A DNA stretch of 64,000 bases from Lama glama (Eukaryota): contig CM052832.1 of the NCBI GenBank assembly GCA_028534125.1, positions 15,750,001 to 15,814,000 on the forward strand, in the 5' to 3' direction. Of the stretch, positions 38,247 to 49,224 are shown piece after piece. Each line of letters begins with the position of its first letter. Positions within the stretch are counted from its first letter, which is position 1. The position numbers were made by a program, and so were the translations under genes. The notes beneath the pieces were generated by a model, which searched no databases, was not told where the DNA came from, and saw only the letters and a list, made by a program, of their open reading frames with translations.

Positions 38247-38746
38247 NNNNNNNNNNNNNNNNNNNNNNNNNNNNNNNNNNNNNNNNNNNNNNNNNNNNNN
38301 NNNNNNNNNNNNNNNNNNNNNNNNNNNNNNNNNNNNNNNNNNNNNNNNNNNNNNNNNNNNNNNNNNNNNNNNNNNNNNNNNNNNNNNNNNNNNNNNNNNN
38401 NNNNNNNNNNNNNNNNNNNNNNNNNNNNNNNNNNNNNNNNNNNNNNNNNNNNNNNNNNNNNNNNNNNNNNNNNNNNNNNNNNNNNNNNNNNNNNNNNNNN
38501 NNNNNNNNNNNNNNNNNNNNNNNNNNNNNNNNNNNNNNNNNNNNNNNNNNNNNNNNNNNNNNNNNNNNNNNNNNNNNNNNNNNNNNNNNNNNNNNNNNNN
38601 NNNNNNNNNNNNNNNNNNNNNNNNNNNNNNNNNNNNNNNNNNNNNNNNNNNNNNNNNNNNNNNNNNNNNNNNNNNNNNNNNNNNNNNNNNNNNNNNNNNN
38701 NNNNNNNNNNNNNNNNNNNNNNNNNNNNNNNNNNNNNNNNNNNNNN
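38247..38746. other. Assembly gap (500 N) where DPA intron 2/exon 3 is expected
   Basis: Run of N beginning at the end of DPA exon 2. Confidence 1.
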
Positions 38747-38938
38747 CAGTTTGTTCTCTGTGTCTGTGGGTCTGCTTCTTTTTTGTTATATTCATTAATT
38801 TGTTGTATTTTTTAGATTCCACATATAAGTGATATCATACAGTATTTGTCTTTCTCTGTCTGACTTTTTTCACTTAGCCTAATGCCCTCCAAGTCCACCC
38901 ATGTTGCTACAAATGGCAAAATTTTATTCTTTTTAATG
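38747..38938 (-). mobile_element. L1 fragment abutting the start of DPA intron 3
   Basis: agattccacatataagtgatatcatacagtatttgtctttctctgtctgac...atggcaaaattttattctttttaatg. Confidence 0.85.
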
Positions 38939-39424
38939 TGGATGCCCCCCACCCCTACCTTTGCCATCACCGTCCTGACACCACCTTTATTTCCCGGAGC
39001 CATCCCTCAACACCTGCTTCCTTAATCCCATGTTTTATCATCATTTTATTCAAACTTCACCACTTCGTGGGTTCTAAGCCTTCACATCCCCACATTCTCT
39101 GCGCTTCCTGATTCCATCTTCTTTTGTGCCCCAGAGGCCCAGGAGCCGATCCAGGTGCCTGAGAGATGGAGACCGTGGTCTGCACGCTGGGCTTGGCGGT
39201 GGGCCTGGTGGGCATCATCACCGGCACCGTTGTCCTGAAGACCAGGTTATCCGAGAGCGTCCCCTGTGAGTCATCCCAGGGGTGGGGCTGTTAGGGACAT
39301 GGTGGAGAAGAGGGGGCAGCATGTTACGAGTGGTGGATGGGAAGGAGAAACACTTCCACAGGGGTTCTTTGAGCACTTTATATTTTAGAGCCACTGAACT
39401 AGATGAAAACAGTAATAAATATAG

Positions 39425-39655
39425 TGGTCAGTAACATCAGCTGGGTTGCTCGCTGCGTACCATGCACTGGTCTACATGATTTGTATGTATTCGCTTATTT
39501 ACGTTTGGAGGTTGGTGCTATTATTTCCCCCTAGGGAGAAACAGACACAAGGAGAGATGAAGGAATCCGTCCAAGATCACATGGCTTAAAACGTGTAGAG
39601 TCTGGATTTGAACCCAGGCACTGGGGCTCCAGACGCTGCGGTCTTATCCGGTACA
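39425..39655 (-). mobile_element. MIR
   Basis: ggtgctattatttcccc...gagaaacagacacaaggagagatgaaggaatccgtccaagatcacatggct...ggatttgaacccaggcactggggctccaga, MIR core. Confidence 0.75.
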
Positions 39656-39829
39656 TCAGGTATAGCCTCTGCAGCCATTGTGTCTCTCCTGGACCATCTT
39701 CACAGCCTTGCTTTTCCTCTTTTCTCATAGTGATGTCTCCAACACTAGTTAAACATTTGAAATAATAAAGGACATCCTACATTTTGCATAATCCCAAAGG
39801 GAATACATCTAATATATTTGCTATAGATT

Positions 39830-41480
39830 TTTGGCTTATAATCTTTACCATGTGGTGAAATTGATCAAATTCAGTTTTTGCATTTCTGAGTTAAATTCAC
39901 CTGAAATTAATATAAATTTTATTTTTTGGTTTATTGGTTTGGGGGTCATGTTATGGATTTTCTGATATTGAACAGTCATTTCATTCCTAGGTGTTTCGTG
40001 TTGGTCTCAGCCTATCGACAGTGATGCTGTGGGCTAGGAATGCCCCCCCCACCGCCCCGAGCACTCACTTAGGCATGAGTTATGGGGACCCCCCACAGAC
40101 ATTTCTCCAACCAGAGCCAATATTCTGGCTGGAATGGCCCTTCTGGTGGTTATTATGATTGCAAGAGGCACCACAGCAACAAACATCAGAGAACTTTGAA
40201 AAAAAAAAAAGCAAGATGTTACTGACAAGTCCTAGAGGGAAAGGTGGGGAGCCTGGGGTTCTGTGGGTGGGGTGCCTAGGGTTTCACAGATTCATTCTTT
40301 ATTGGTGAATTTAAAACAATAGAGCAGGAATTAAAGCATGAGAAGGGAAAAGCAAGGTCACTCAAGTGATCAGTTACGCAGGTCCCCCAGGGCCTTCTGA
40401 AGGCCGGGCTCTTTCTGTGGTTGTGTAAACGGCAATTGTTTTTGAGATGGATGCTTTGAAGTGAACGTCTTAGCAATCAAAAGCTTAACGTCAGGCACTT
40501 ACATCACAATCCAGAAAGCTAACCGTCAGGCACTTCCACTCTACTAGGATAGATCTTATTTGATCAAAATGTATTATATTTGTAACGCACTTCTGGGTTC
40601 GGTGACATGTCCTTAGTTGTCTCTGGAAAAAAGATGTACCAGCCTTACAAAATGATTTGGAAAACTTGCTCCTTTCTACTTTCTATGCTTTACATAAGAG
40701 AGGAACGATTTGTTTTTGAAATGTGGTTGGAATCACCCAGCTACAATGTTATCAGACAGCAGCCTTTGGAAAGTTGTTCTTTGGTTCTGAATTCAATATT
40801 GATGTTCGTTTCTCTACTTCAGTTTTCCCTTTCTTCCTGTAGTTTCGACCTTCATATCTTTCTAGAAATTTATCCATCTTTTCTAAAATTTCAGACTTAT
40901 TGGCGTAGAGTTGATTATAACATGTTTTTTCATTTTAAAATATCTGTGTATATAATTATTTCCCCCTTTTCATTCTGAATCTCCTCTATTTTCCTTAACA
41001 GTCTTGCCAGAGGTCTATTAGCTTCTTTAAACTTCTTATTAAATCAAAATTTGATTTGTTTATCTTACTTATTTTTTGTTTTCTATTTCATTGAATTCTT
41101 TCCCTGTCTTTATTATTTATATGCTCTCTTTTTTTTTTTTTTTTGCTTTTGCAGTTTTTCTAATTTGCCATTCTCTTACTGGAAATTATTGGTTCATTTT
41201 CTTTCGGGCTTCCTTTTCCTAATAAATTTATTTTAAACCTAGATGTGTCCTTTTAGGCACTACTTTTGATATACAAGTTTTCATGGAGTACTAAGTCTTC
41301 CATCATTTATATTTTCATTCCCATGGTTATTAATTGCATGTTTAAGGTATATGGAATTCATTTATTTATCCCTTTTAATTGATTTAGAATTCAGTTGCAT
41401 CATAGCCAAAGAACAAAGCCTAGATGATATTAATTTGAACACATTAAGGCTTCCTTCATGGCTTAATAAATGTTAAGTTT
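39830..41480 (-). mobile_element. Ancient L1 (L1M-type) fragments interrupted by a solo LTR
   Basis: AT-rich L1-like tract (gatattgaacagtcatttcattcctagg|atagatc...; tctagaaatttatccatcttttctaaaatttcagacttattggcgtagagttg); boundaries approximate. Confidence 0.6.
39992..40543 (-). mobile_element. Solo LTR (ERVL MER76/77-like; family uncertain)
   Basis: About 550 bp non-L1 insert flanked by 5-bp direct repeat CTAGG (39987-39991, 40544-40548), splitting a contiguous L1 motif. Confidence 0.6.
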
Positions 41481-43207
41481 CCAGGAGGGCTTATTAAGAG
41501 TCAGTGTATCATTCACCAGGTTCCCTTCCCCCAGCTGAGAGATTAGGGGAGCACATGTCAAGATGGAGGTCTTTCTGGCTCCCTGAGTAACTCTGATCAG
41601 CGGGGCTACCCCGCTGACTCACACTGGGCGTGTAGCATGAACAAAAACTAGATCTCAGGGGATACGTTACATCAGCACTGCCTCTCTTACTCTTACTATA
41701 CAAAAGAGAGGTGCGTAAAGAGACTTTGAAGAAGCAGAGAGGCAGGAGAACTAGAAAAATATTTCATCACATAAGTCAAGGGAGCAGAAATTTCAGGAGG
41801 GATGAAATAGTTAATAGTGATGGAGGTTCATTGGCTGTTACCTGAGATAAGTATCCCCCGGGCCTGGTATTAAATGGTTTTGGGGGCCGTTTAAAGAGCA
41901 GCTTCATACACTGTGCCCAACTTCCACTTCCTTCAACTTCCATCACCTCCTTGTTGGGCCTCTCTGGTGTTTCAGAACGTGCAGTCTGTGGCATGTTGGA
42001 GAGAGTGAAATGACATCTCCTTAGGTACCTCTTGACGGCTCACTGATTCTCATCCAGGGGCAACATCTATTGGAAAGACCACCTTCTTCTTAGGGGCTTG
42101 TGAGGGAAGAAACTGAAGGGCTCAGTTGTAGAGGGAGGAAGGATGCAATTCTAAACTGGGAGTCCTAACCACACTGTCTGTCCTACTGCAGGTGACAAAC
42201 TTTCCTCAACGGAAGAGGACACAGGGGAGTCCCCAGCGTCAGATCTGCTTTAAAGCTCCAGTCTCTTTGAATCTCTGTGCTCCTCAGCACCAGTGATTAA
42301 TGTCCACAGAGACCCATCCCCTGCCAACTCCTGCCTGTCTATGAGTCTAGTCACACTTAGCACCTTGCAAAGGGCCTGGCACAGAAAGCACTTAATATAT
42401 ATCCAATTTGAAGTATGGTGACAAGGTGGCCCCACATTGAATGGTCTACAAGCCTCGGTCTCCTCTGGAACTTCTCCCTAAACAGCATCCTTCCTGAGAA
42501 ATCCCAGAGACCAACAGATACCTGTGTGTCAGAGCTAGACATCCCTGGTGCTGTCTTGGCAACGCGAGAGCCTTTCCCCACTCTCCATATTTTTAAGTCC
42601 CTGGGAGCACATATCCTGGGCCTGTGATGTGGGTGCAGATACTGCATTTGTGTCCTGCCAGGAGGTAGGTCTAGGGAACGTTCGCTCCGCCCTGGGTCCT
42701 TCTCTAGCCGATAGCACGGGGCCGTGGGAACAAGGATGGTTGCTGTTCACCATGGGGCTGATTTCCTCGGAATGAGCCCTCACATCATCTTCATGCTGCT
42801 GCTCACCCAGCTTGACCCCCCTTTTATTTCACCCAGAATTCTCACCACTTCTAAACCTCCAGGGCTCTTCTCCTTTACTAAGTAGCAGACAAGACTCCTC
42901 TTCCAGCAGACCTACTGTTTTGCAGGAGTTCCCCATAGTAAAGTCGTTAAGCCCTTAGTGACTCAGTGTCTTCCTTTATAGCACGTCATATTGTACTGTA
43001 TCCACTAGTCCGCTGATGTCCCCGCCCCACCCTGCCAGGCTTTACTTTATTCCTCCCAGCTTCTTTCAGGGGCATCTGAAACCACCTTGGGAGACCCCAG
43101 TGTGTTAGCTGGTTTAATTGGTTGAATCCCAATTGTGGATTAAGGTCATATCTCTCTCACAGGGTGCAGAGCAAAGTATGGGGACACGGATGAGTGTCTG
43201 TCTCAGT

Positions 43208-43402
43208 TTGGGGAATGTTAACATAAACTATTTCACCATTCTATTACATATGGTCTTGGTGGTGAACTGGAACTAAAAATTAAGAGTTGCAATGAGGATT
43301 TGATGCAGGAACCTCGAAGTCATACTATTACATCGTGTATAAGGGGCAGCTGGAGGAGGAGCCATTTCCTGTTTCTCGTTTCCCCTCTGGCCCCACCCTG
43401 AT
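43208..43402 (-). pseudogene. Paralogous copy of DPB intron-1 sequence (possible relic of another class II beta gene)
   Basis: 43208-43271 aligns ungapped to 31007-31070 at 55/64 identities; a second block gctggaggaggagccatttcctgtttctc...caccctgat matches about 31065-31122. Confidence 0.6.
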
Positions 43403-44739
43403 TCACAAACCAAGATAATAACTCCCTCCCTTTAGGGAGTACCACCATCTCCAAAGAAAAACAACAAACAGGCCCATATATGTACTTAAAATAAGAAGTG
43501 TAAGTAAATATAGACTAGCCACTTAAAAGGAACATGAAAAATTCATTTACAAAAAAGCTATTATTGAAAAAAACACTAGGGACTATAAGGAAAACTATAT
43601 AGAAGTTCTAGGTGTAAAAAGATATAATAGTCAAAATAAAAACCACATTAATGGAAATAAATAGTGGGAGAGATACAGCTAAAAACACATTAGTAAGCTA
43701 GACTGAAGGACCCTCCTAGAATAAAAGATGGAAGGATAAAGAAACTGAAAATAGAAAACAGAAACAGACTCACAGACATAGAAAACAAACGATAGTTACC
43801 AAAGGGGAAAAGGGAGAGAGGGATAAATTAGGTGTTTGGGATTAGCAGATTCAAACTATTATATATAAAATTGATAAACAACAAGGGCCTAGTGTATAGT
43901 CCAGGGAACTATATTTAATAGCTTGTAATAACCCATAATGAGAAAGAATATATATGTATAACTGAATCACTATGCTGTACACCAAAAACTAACATAACAT
44001 TATAAATCAACTACACTTCAATTAAAAAAAAAGAATTTGAAAATAGAGAAGAGTCAAAAGAGGTGGAGAAATGCCATATGAGTGCCATAAAGACAAAAAT
44101 AGGAGAAAAGAGTTACAGAAATAAAAGAGATGAATTCTCAGAATTAAAAGATAAAGAGGATCCATTATGTCCTACAGTAAGATAAGGAAAAACCTATTTT
44201 AGATACAATATAATGAAATTTTAAAATATCAGACAATGAGAAAATTCTAAAAGATTTTGGAAAGACTGACATCAGATTTCCTAGTGTCAACACTGGATGC
44301 AAAAAGACATTGGGATGATATTATTTAAAATATTCAAGAGAAAAAAAACTTCAAACTTAGAATTTCATACATTAGCTAAATGTTATTAAAAAGTGATGGT
44401 ATAATAAAAATGTTCTCTAGCATACAGATCTTCAGAAGGTTTGCCACAGAAATAATCACATTTGAAACACTTTTGGAGGAAGTATTCCAATATGAAAAAT
44501 TTTCAGGAGGTGCTAAAAATGTGTGGGGAGTAAGGTTGGTTAAGGAGAAGTATTTGAATGTATTTGAAAGCATGCTAAGGTCCTTATCTGATTAGAGGGA
44601 AAGGTACAGGCAACAATTTTTTTCTAAAAAAAGATGATGGAGAGTAAAAAAGGAAAAAACCCCAGAACGATTGAAATAAATAAGATGTTAGAAACAAGTC
44701 CAACAAATGCATCAATAATCACAATAAATATAGCTCTGA

Positions 44740-45145
44740 GATGGGGCAAAGATAGTGCCATGCTCTCACCAAACCATTACATTTTTCTGAATACACAGCC
44801 TAACTACATATTTCCAGCCCCTTTGCACCTAGGCAGGGTCATAGTTTAATTCTTGCCAATGGAATATGAGTAGAAATGGCATGTGGTTTCCAGTCTAAAG
44901 CCATAAGAACAGGTGTTCCTTCCAGAGGCTCCCTCCTGTCTGCAAAGCTGGAAGCAAAGTTCTTTATAAAAGTGGAGATGCAAGATGAAGCCAGACTGGA
45001 TTCACGAGGCAGTTTTTGAGAAGAGCTGCAGAGAGTGTCTAAACTTCTTTGAACTGCACATGGATAGAAAAAAAAACCTGTTTTTTAAACCACAGAAGTT
45101 TCGGTGTTTGTTGCAGAAGCAAGTTTGTTCCACTTTGACTAATAT
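44740..45145 (+). mobile_element. MaLR LTR (MLT1G/H-like)
   Basis: actacatatttccagcccctttgcacctaggcagggtcatag...ttcttgccaatggaatatgagtagaaatg...tttaaaccacagaagtttcggtgtttgttgcagaagc...tgactaata. Confidence 0.7.
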
Positions 45146-45679
45146 GTGGATTGAACCACCAACTAGAAGACAGACGGTCAGTCTGAATCGAAACCAAAAT
45201 CTATCCTTCTGATACTTACAAAAGCTACATCTAAAGCATTAGTGCAGAGAGTCAAAAAAAAATAAAAAGATATAAAAAGATATCAAATGAATATGAACAA
45301 AAAGAAAGCTGTGTAGTATGTTCATGTCAGACAGAACAGACTTGAAGACAGAAAGACTGTCAGTACAAACTGGGAAAAAGCTCATTTCACTGAGACTATG
45401 ATACTTCCAGAAGTAAGCACCTAAGAGTCTGAACATAAAGAGGGCAGAAACGCTTTAAAAAATGGAAACAAATACAAAAATCTACAGCTACAGTTGGATA
45501 TTTAAATACACTATTTTTTTTCTAGGTCAATCCAAAAATAAAGGTATGATAGAACAATAAAATTAACACTTTTGATCTGATAACATATATAAAATTCTGC
45601 ATCCAGTTAGAGCACTTGAGAAACACTGACAAATACTGACCATATTCCAAGCCATAAGGCAAGTCTCAGTAAGTTTCTT

Positions 45680-45783
45680 TGTTTCTTCCTCTTTTTCTTT
45701 TTTTTAATGGAGGCACTGGGGATTGAACCTAGAGCCTCAGACATGCTAAGCACATACTTTACCACTGAGCTATACCCTCCCCC
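45680..45783 (-). mobile_element. tRNA-derived SINE (Vic-1-like)
   Basis: atggaggcactggggattgaacctagagcctcagacatgctaagcacatactttaccactgagctataccctccccc. Confidence 0.9.
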
Positions 45784-45924
45784 CTCAATAAATTTATAAG
45801 ATGCATCATAGTGATAAGATTCTTGGATTATAATGCAATTAGATTAAAAGTTAACAAAAAAACTGTATACATTAAAAAAATCCCTATATATTTTGTGATT
45901 TAAAGGTTTAAAGGATTTTTTTCC

Positions 45925-46114
45925 CTAGATTAAAAAAAATTTTATTCTGTATAGCTCAGGGAACTATATAAATATCTTGTAATAACATTTAATTAAAACT
46001 AATAGGAAAGTGAACATATGTATATATATGCATGACTAGGACGCTGTGCTGTACACCAGAACTTGACACATTATAAGTGACTGTAGTTCAATTTAAAAAA
46101 TTAAAAAACAAAAA
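45925..46114 (+). mobile_element. L1 3' tail insertion about 340 bp upstream of the DOA X box
   Basis: ctgtatagctcagggaactatataaatatcttgtaataa...gctgtacaccagaacttgacaca; TSD taaaggatttttttcc at 45909-45924 and 46115-46130. Confidence 0.82.
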
Positions 46115-46454
46115 TAAAGGATTTTTTTCCTACACTGTATCCAGTATTTTCCTTTAAAGTTTCTTGGTCAAATTGATTTTATTTTTTAACTCCAAATTTG
46201 TCCACAGAAACTTAAAGGGGAATAGGATCCTCTACACCACGGATCAAGATAGAGGATTTGTTTGAGCCCAGCTGCGCAGGGCTCTGATGGTTCCACCTCT
46301 CCCTTCAGAGGGTCCCTTCTTGGAGGAGGTAGTAACAGTTGATCTAAGCCCTTCCCATCCCTTTTGACTTTCCTGTGGACCAAGCCTCCATGTTGCATGT
46401 AGATCTGGCAAATGCTTCCATCTTCTCACTCAGGCTCTTTACTCTGCTTCTCTA

Positions 46455-46498
46455 CTCAGCAACAGCTACCCTAACTCAGAGAATTTCTCTGATTGGCT
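46455..46498 (+). promoter_or_regulatory. DOA class II X-Y promoter module
   Basis: X box CTCAGCAACAGCTA (46455-46468), 20-bp spacer, canonical Y box CTGATTGGCT (46489-46498), about 100 bp upstream of the ATG. Confidence 0.85.
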
Positions 46499-46594
46499 GA
46501 ATACAGCAGGGGTCTCCCCCAGCCTAGGATCTGTTTTCTTCCTCTTTACTTCTGCCTTCTTCCTTTACCCCTACACCGACCAAGACAGAGGGCA

Positions 46595-49224
46595 ATGGTC
46601 CTCAGTGGGGGGCTGGTCCTGGGACTCCACACCTTGATGACCCTCCTGAGGCCCCAGGCAGCCGGGGCCATCAAGGGTGAGTGCTGAGGCTGCTGGGTGA
46701 GGAGCGGAGCTTGAGGGTGTTGGGTTACGTGCCAGCTGAGACAGCACAGAGCACGAACTGTTCCTCTCTTCTGGTTTATGGGCAACTTCCCTTACCAAGA
46801 GATCCCCCAGCCCTCTCACCTTGATTTGTCTGTCCTGGACCCAAAATACAGATGCAGCGCAGTCCAGCCACAGCAGTGTCAGTTTCAGGTACCTCCTCAT
46901 TCCTCCCTCCTTTCTGAGACCCAAACCTCCATTGTACTGCCGCCCAGCACCCCGATTTCTCTACCACTTCCTGACTTGGAGCTTGTCCATTCTAGTCTGG
47001 TTCCATGGCCATCTTTCTCCCCGTGTCGATAGGTGGATGTTTATCTGTCTTTCTCCTGCTCCAGACGTGAGCTCCTTGGATGAGGGGTCCACAGCTGGCT
47101 CGTCTGTATTTCCTTGGGGCCTGGTAGTGTGCCGGGCACATGGTAGGCCATCAAAGACTATTGAACAAATAATTACATAGAATTATAAAGGAATCTTATC
47201 AATGAACACTTAACCTTTAATTTCTAGAAAACTGAGCCTCTGTTAGGGGAAAAGACATTTAATCATAATGCTCTGAGACAGAAGAGTTGGAACATGAAAT
47301 TTGAACTTCTGACTCTTCTTCCATTGCTCTCTGCAAGACCTGGGGCTGATTTTTTCTATCCCTTTAGTCTCTGTGTCACAAACCTTAATTTTTACACCTG
47401 CCGGCTATCACCTGTTTTCCCTCACACCCACCTCCACCGCATCTCTGTGCCCAAAGCTCCACTTTGCTCCTAGCCGTCTTTATTTTCTCCTCATCCTACC
47501 CCTCCACACTTCATTTCACACACAGGACCAGACAGCACAGCTGGAGCAGATGATCATAGCCAGGATTTAACTCTGCGCATCCCAAGCATGACTTTAAGCA
47601 GCCTCTCCTCTTCCCAACCCAGTCTGCCAGCCTGCGCCTGTGTCTCTGTGCTGGCCAGTGTGGTGGGCCCGTTTCTCTGCAGCCTCTCCTTTCCACGCCC
47701 CAGCAATCCTTCTACTCAGCGTCAGAACAGGTCTCTGCCTCCGCACAGAACCCAGGATGGGGCACAGCTCAGAGACACATCACATGTCATGAGATTGATG
47801 CATTTTCTTTCCTCTCCCTGACCCTGAACTCACCCAATACAGCTGACCACATGGGCTCCTATGGACCAGCGTTCTACCAGTCCTATGATGCCTCGGGTCA
47901 GTTCACTTACGATTTCGATGGGGAACAGCTATTCTCTGTGGACCTGAAGAAGAGGGAGGCTGTGTGGCGTCTGCCTGAATTTGGCAACTTCGCCTACTTT
48001 GACCCGCAGAGCGGGCTGGCCAGCATCGCCATGATCAAAGCCCATCTGGATGTCTTGGTGGAGCGTTCCAACCGCACCAGAGCCACCAACGGTACTGGGC
48101 CCTTCCTCTGCTCCCTGCCCCAGGAGTAGGGGAGGCCCAGGGCAGCCTCTTCCCCACCTCCCAGGCCTCTATTGGCCATGAGGCACCACTCTTAGAATCT
48201 GTGACTGTTGTGCTCAGCCCCTTTCTTTCCCAGGAGGTTCTAGATTCTCCCAGATTCCTTCAGCAGCCTCTTCCCCTTGAGGAATGACCCCCTGCCTCTA
48301 CCTGGACCCCCCCTCAGGGACCTGTCAGATACAGGTGCCCCCACTGCCCTCCTCAGTCTCCTCTCCCTCTGTCCTCCTGGTTCCTGCCCCAGCAGTCAGC
48401 ATTGCAGAGCATCCCCTGCCCGGAGGAGGCTAAATAGGAGGGAGCATCCCTTGATCCCAGCCCTGCAGGGATCAGCCTTGGGATTCAGGACCTTGTTCCT
48501 CCTAGTGCCTCCAAGAGTGACCATACTCCCCAAGTCGCGAGTGGAGCTGGGCCAGCCCAACGTCCTCATCTGCATCGTGGACAACATCTTCCCCCCTGTG
48601 ATCAATATCACCTGGCTGCGCAATGGTCAGACGGTCACTGAGGGCGTGGCCCAGACCAGCTTCTATGCCCAGCCTGACCATTTGTTTCGCAAGTTCCACT
48701 ACCTGACCTTTGTGCCCTCGGCAGACGACTTCTACGACTGCAGGGTGGAGCACTGGGGCCTGGACAAGCCGCTCTTTAAGCACTGGGGTATGGAGCCCCC
48801 TCCCCTGCATGTCCTTCACTCGCGAATCCCTTTGCTGTCCCCCCTGACCCTTCCTTTCTCTCCCAGAGCCCCAGATGCCTACCCCGCTGCCAGACACCAC
48901 AGGGACGCTGGTCTGTGCCCTCGGCCTGGCCCTCGGCCTGGTGGGCTTCCTGGTGGGCATCGTCCTCATCATCACAGGCTCACGCTTGTCCAGAGCCCCC
49001 AGGTGCAGAGGCCTCAAGAGTCTGGGGGAGGAAAGTAGATGACTGTGTAGGATGAGGGTGGAGGATTCTGTGTGGAGGAATAGGGTTGGGGACAAGGGGT
49101 GGGCAGGGAATGGAAGCGCAGAGGTGAGGTGAAGGGGTCAGGTTTTGGGGAGGTGGACAGAGATGGCATCCTGGAATTCTGACCTTGAAAAGCTTGGTCA
49201 TATGATTTTTGCTACTTTAGGTAA
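46595..49224 (+). CDS. DOA: MHC class II DO alpha chain (intact, 250 aa)
   Basis: Exons 46595-46676, 47843-48091 ([46 protein letters not shown]), 48506-48787 ([37 protein letters not shown]...HWG), 48867-49002 (TM), 49221-49224 (R*). Total 753 nt, all GT-AG. Confidence 0.97.

Larger units (their letters stand above)
33572..39269 (+). pseudogene. DPA: MHC class II DP alpha chain gene, probably pseudogene (exon 4 frameshift; exon 3 not visible, at assembly gap)
   Basis: Exon1 33572-33671 (100 bp, MHLEDTGSQTRVMILQALTLAALLSPHGAGAFQ). Exon2 38002-38246+ open ([45 protein letters not shown]...[14 protein letters not shown]). Exon4 from 39135 (EAQEPIQVPE) has a 1-bp deletion near 39164 that shifts the TM segment (ETVVCTLGLAVGLVGIITGTVV) out of frame, giving TGA at 39236-39238. 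Probable untranslated exon 5 starts at 42192 (cag|GTGACAAAC). Confidence 0.88.
43405..45900 (+). mobile_element. Ancient L1 (ORF1/ORF2-like decayed) with nested younger insertions
   Basis: A-rich L1-like tract (gactgacatcagatttcctagtgtcaacactggatgcaaaaagacattggg...; gccataaggcaagtctcag); nested L1 tail about 43760-44030 with TSD aagaaactgaaaatagaaaa/aagaatttgaaaatagagaa. Confidence 0.65.

Noticed and set aside
25819..39269. Calling the class II pair DQ, DR or ruminant DY
   Set aside because: The 264-bp beta-1 exon with the short NGTxR motif, DP-type leaders (MHLED..., 100-bp exon 1), DPA-type alpha-1, head-to-head layout and position between COL11A2 and DOA all indicate DP.
42500..42575. X-box-like words (accaacagata, ttggcaacgcgaga) downstream of DPA
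   Set aside because: No Y box at the proper spacing; too weak to call a distal S-X-Y enhancer.
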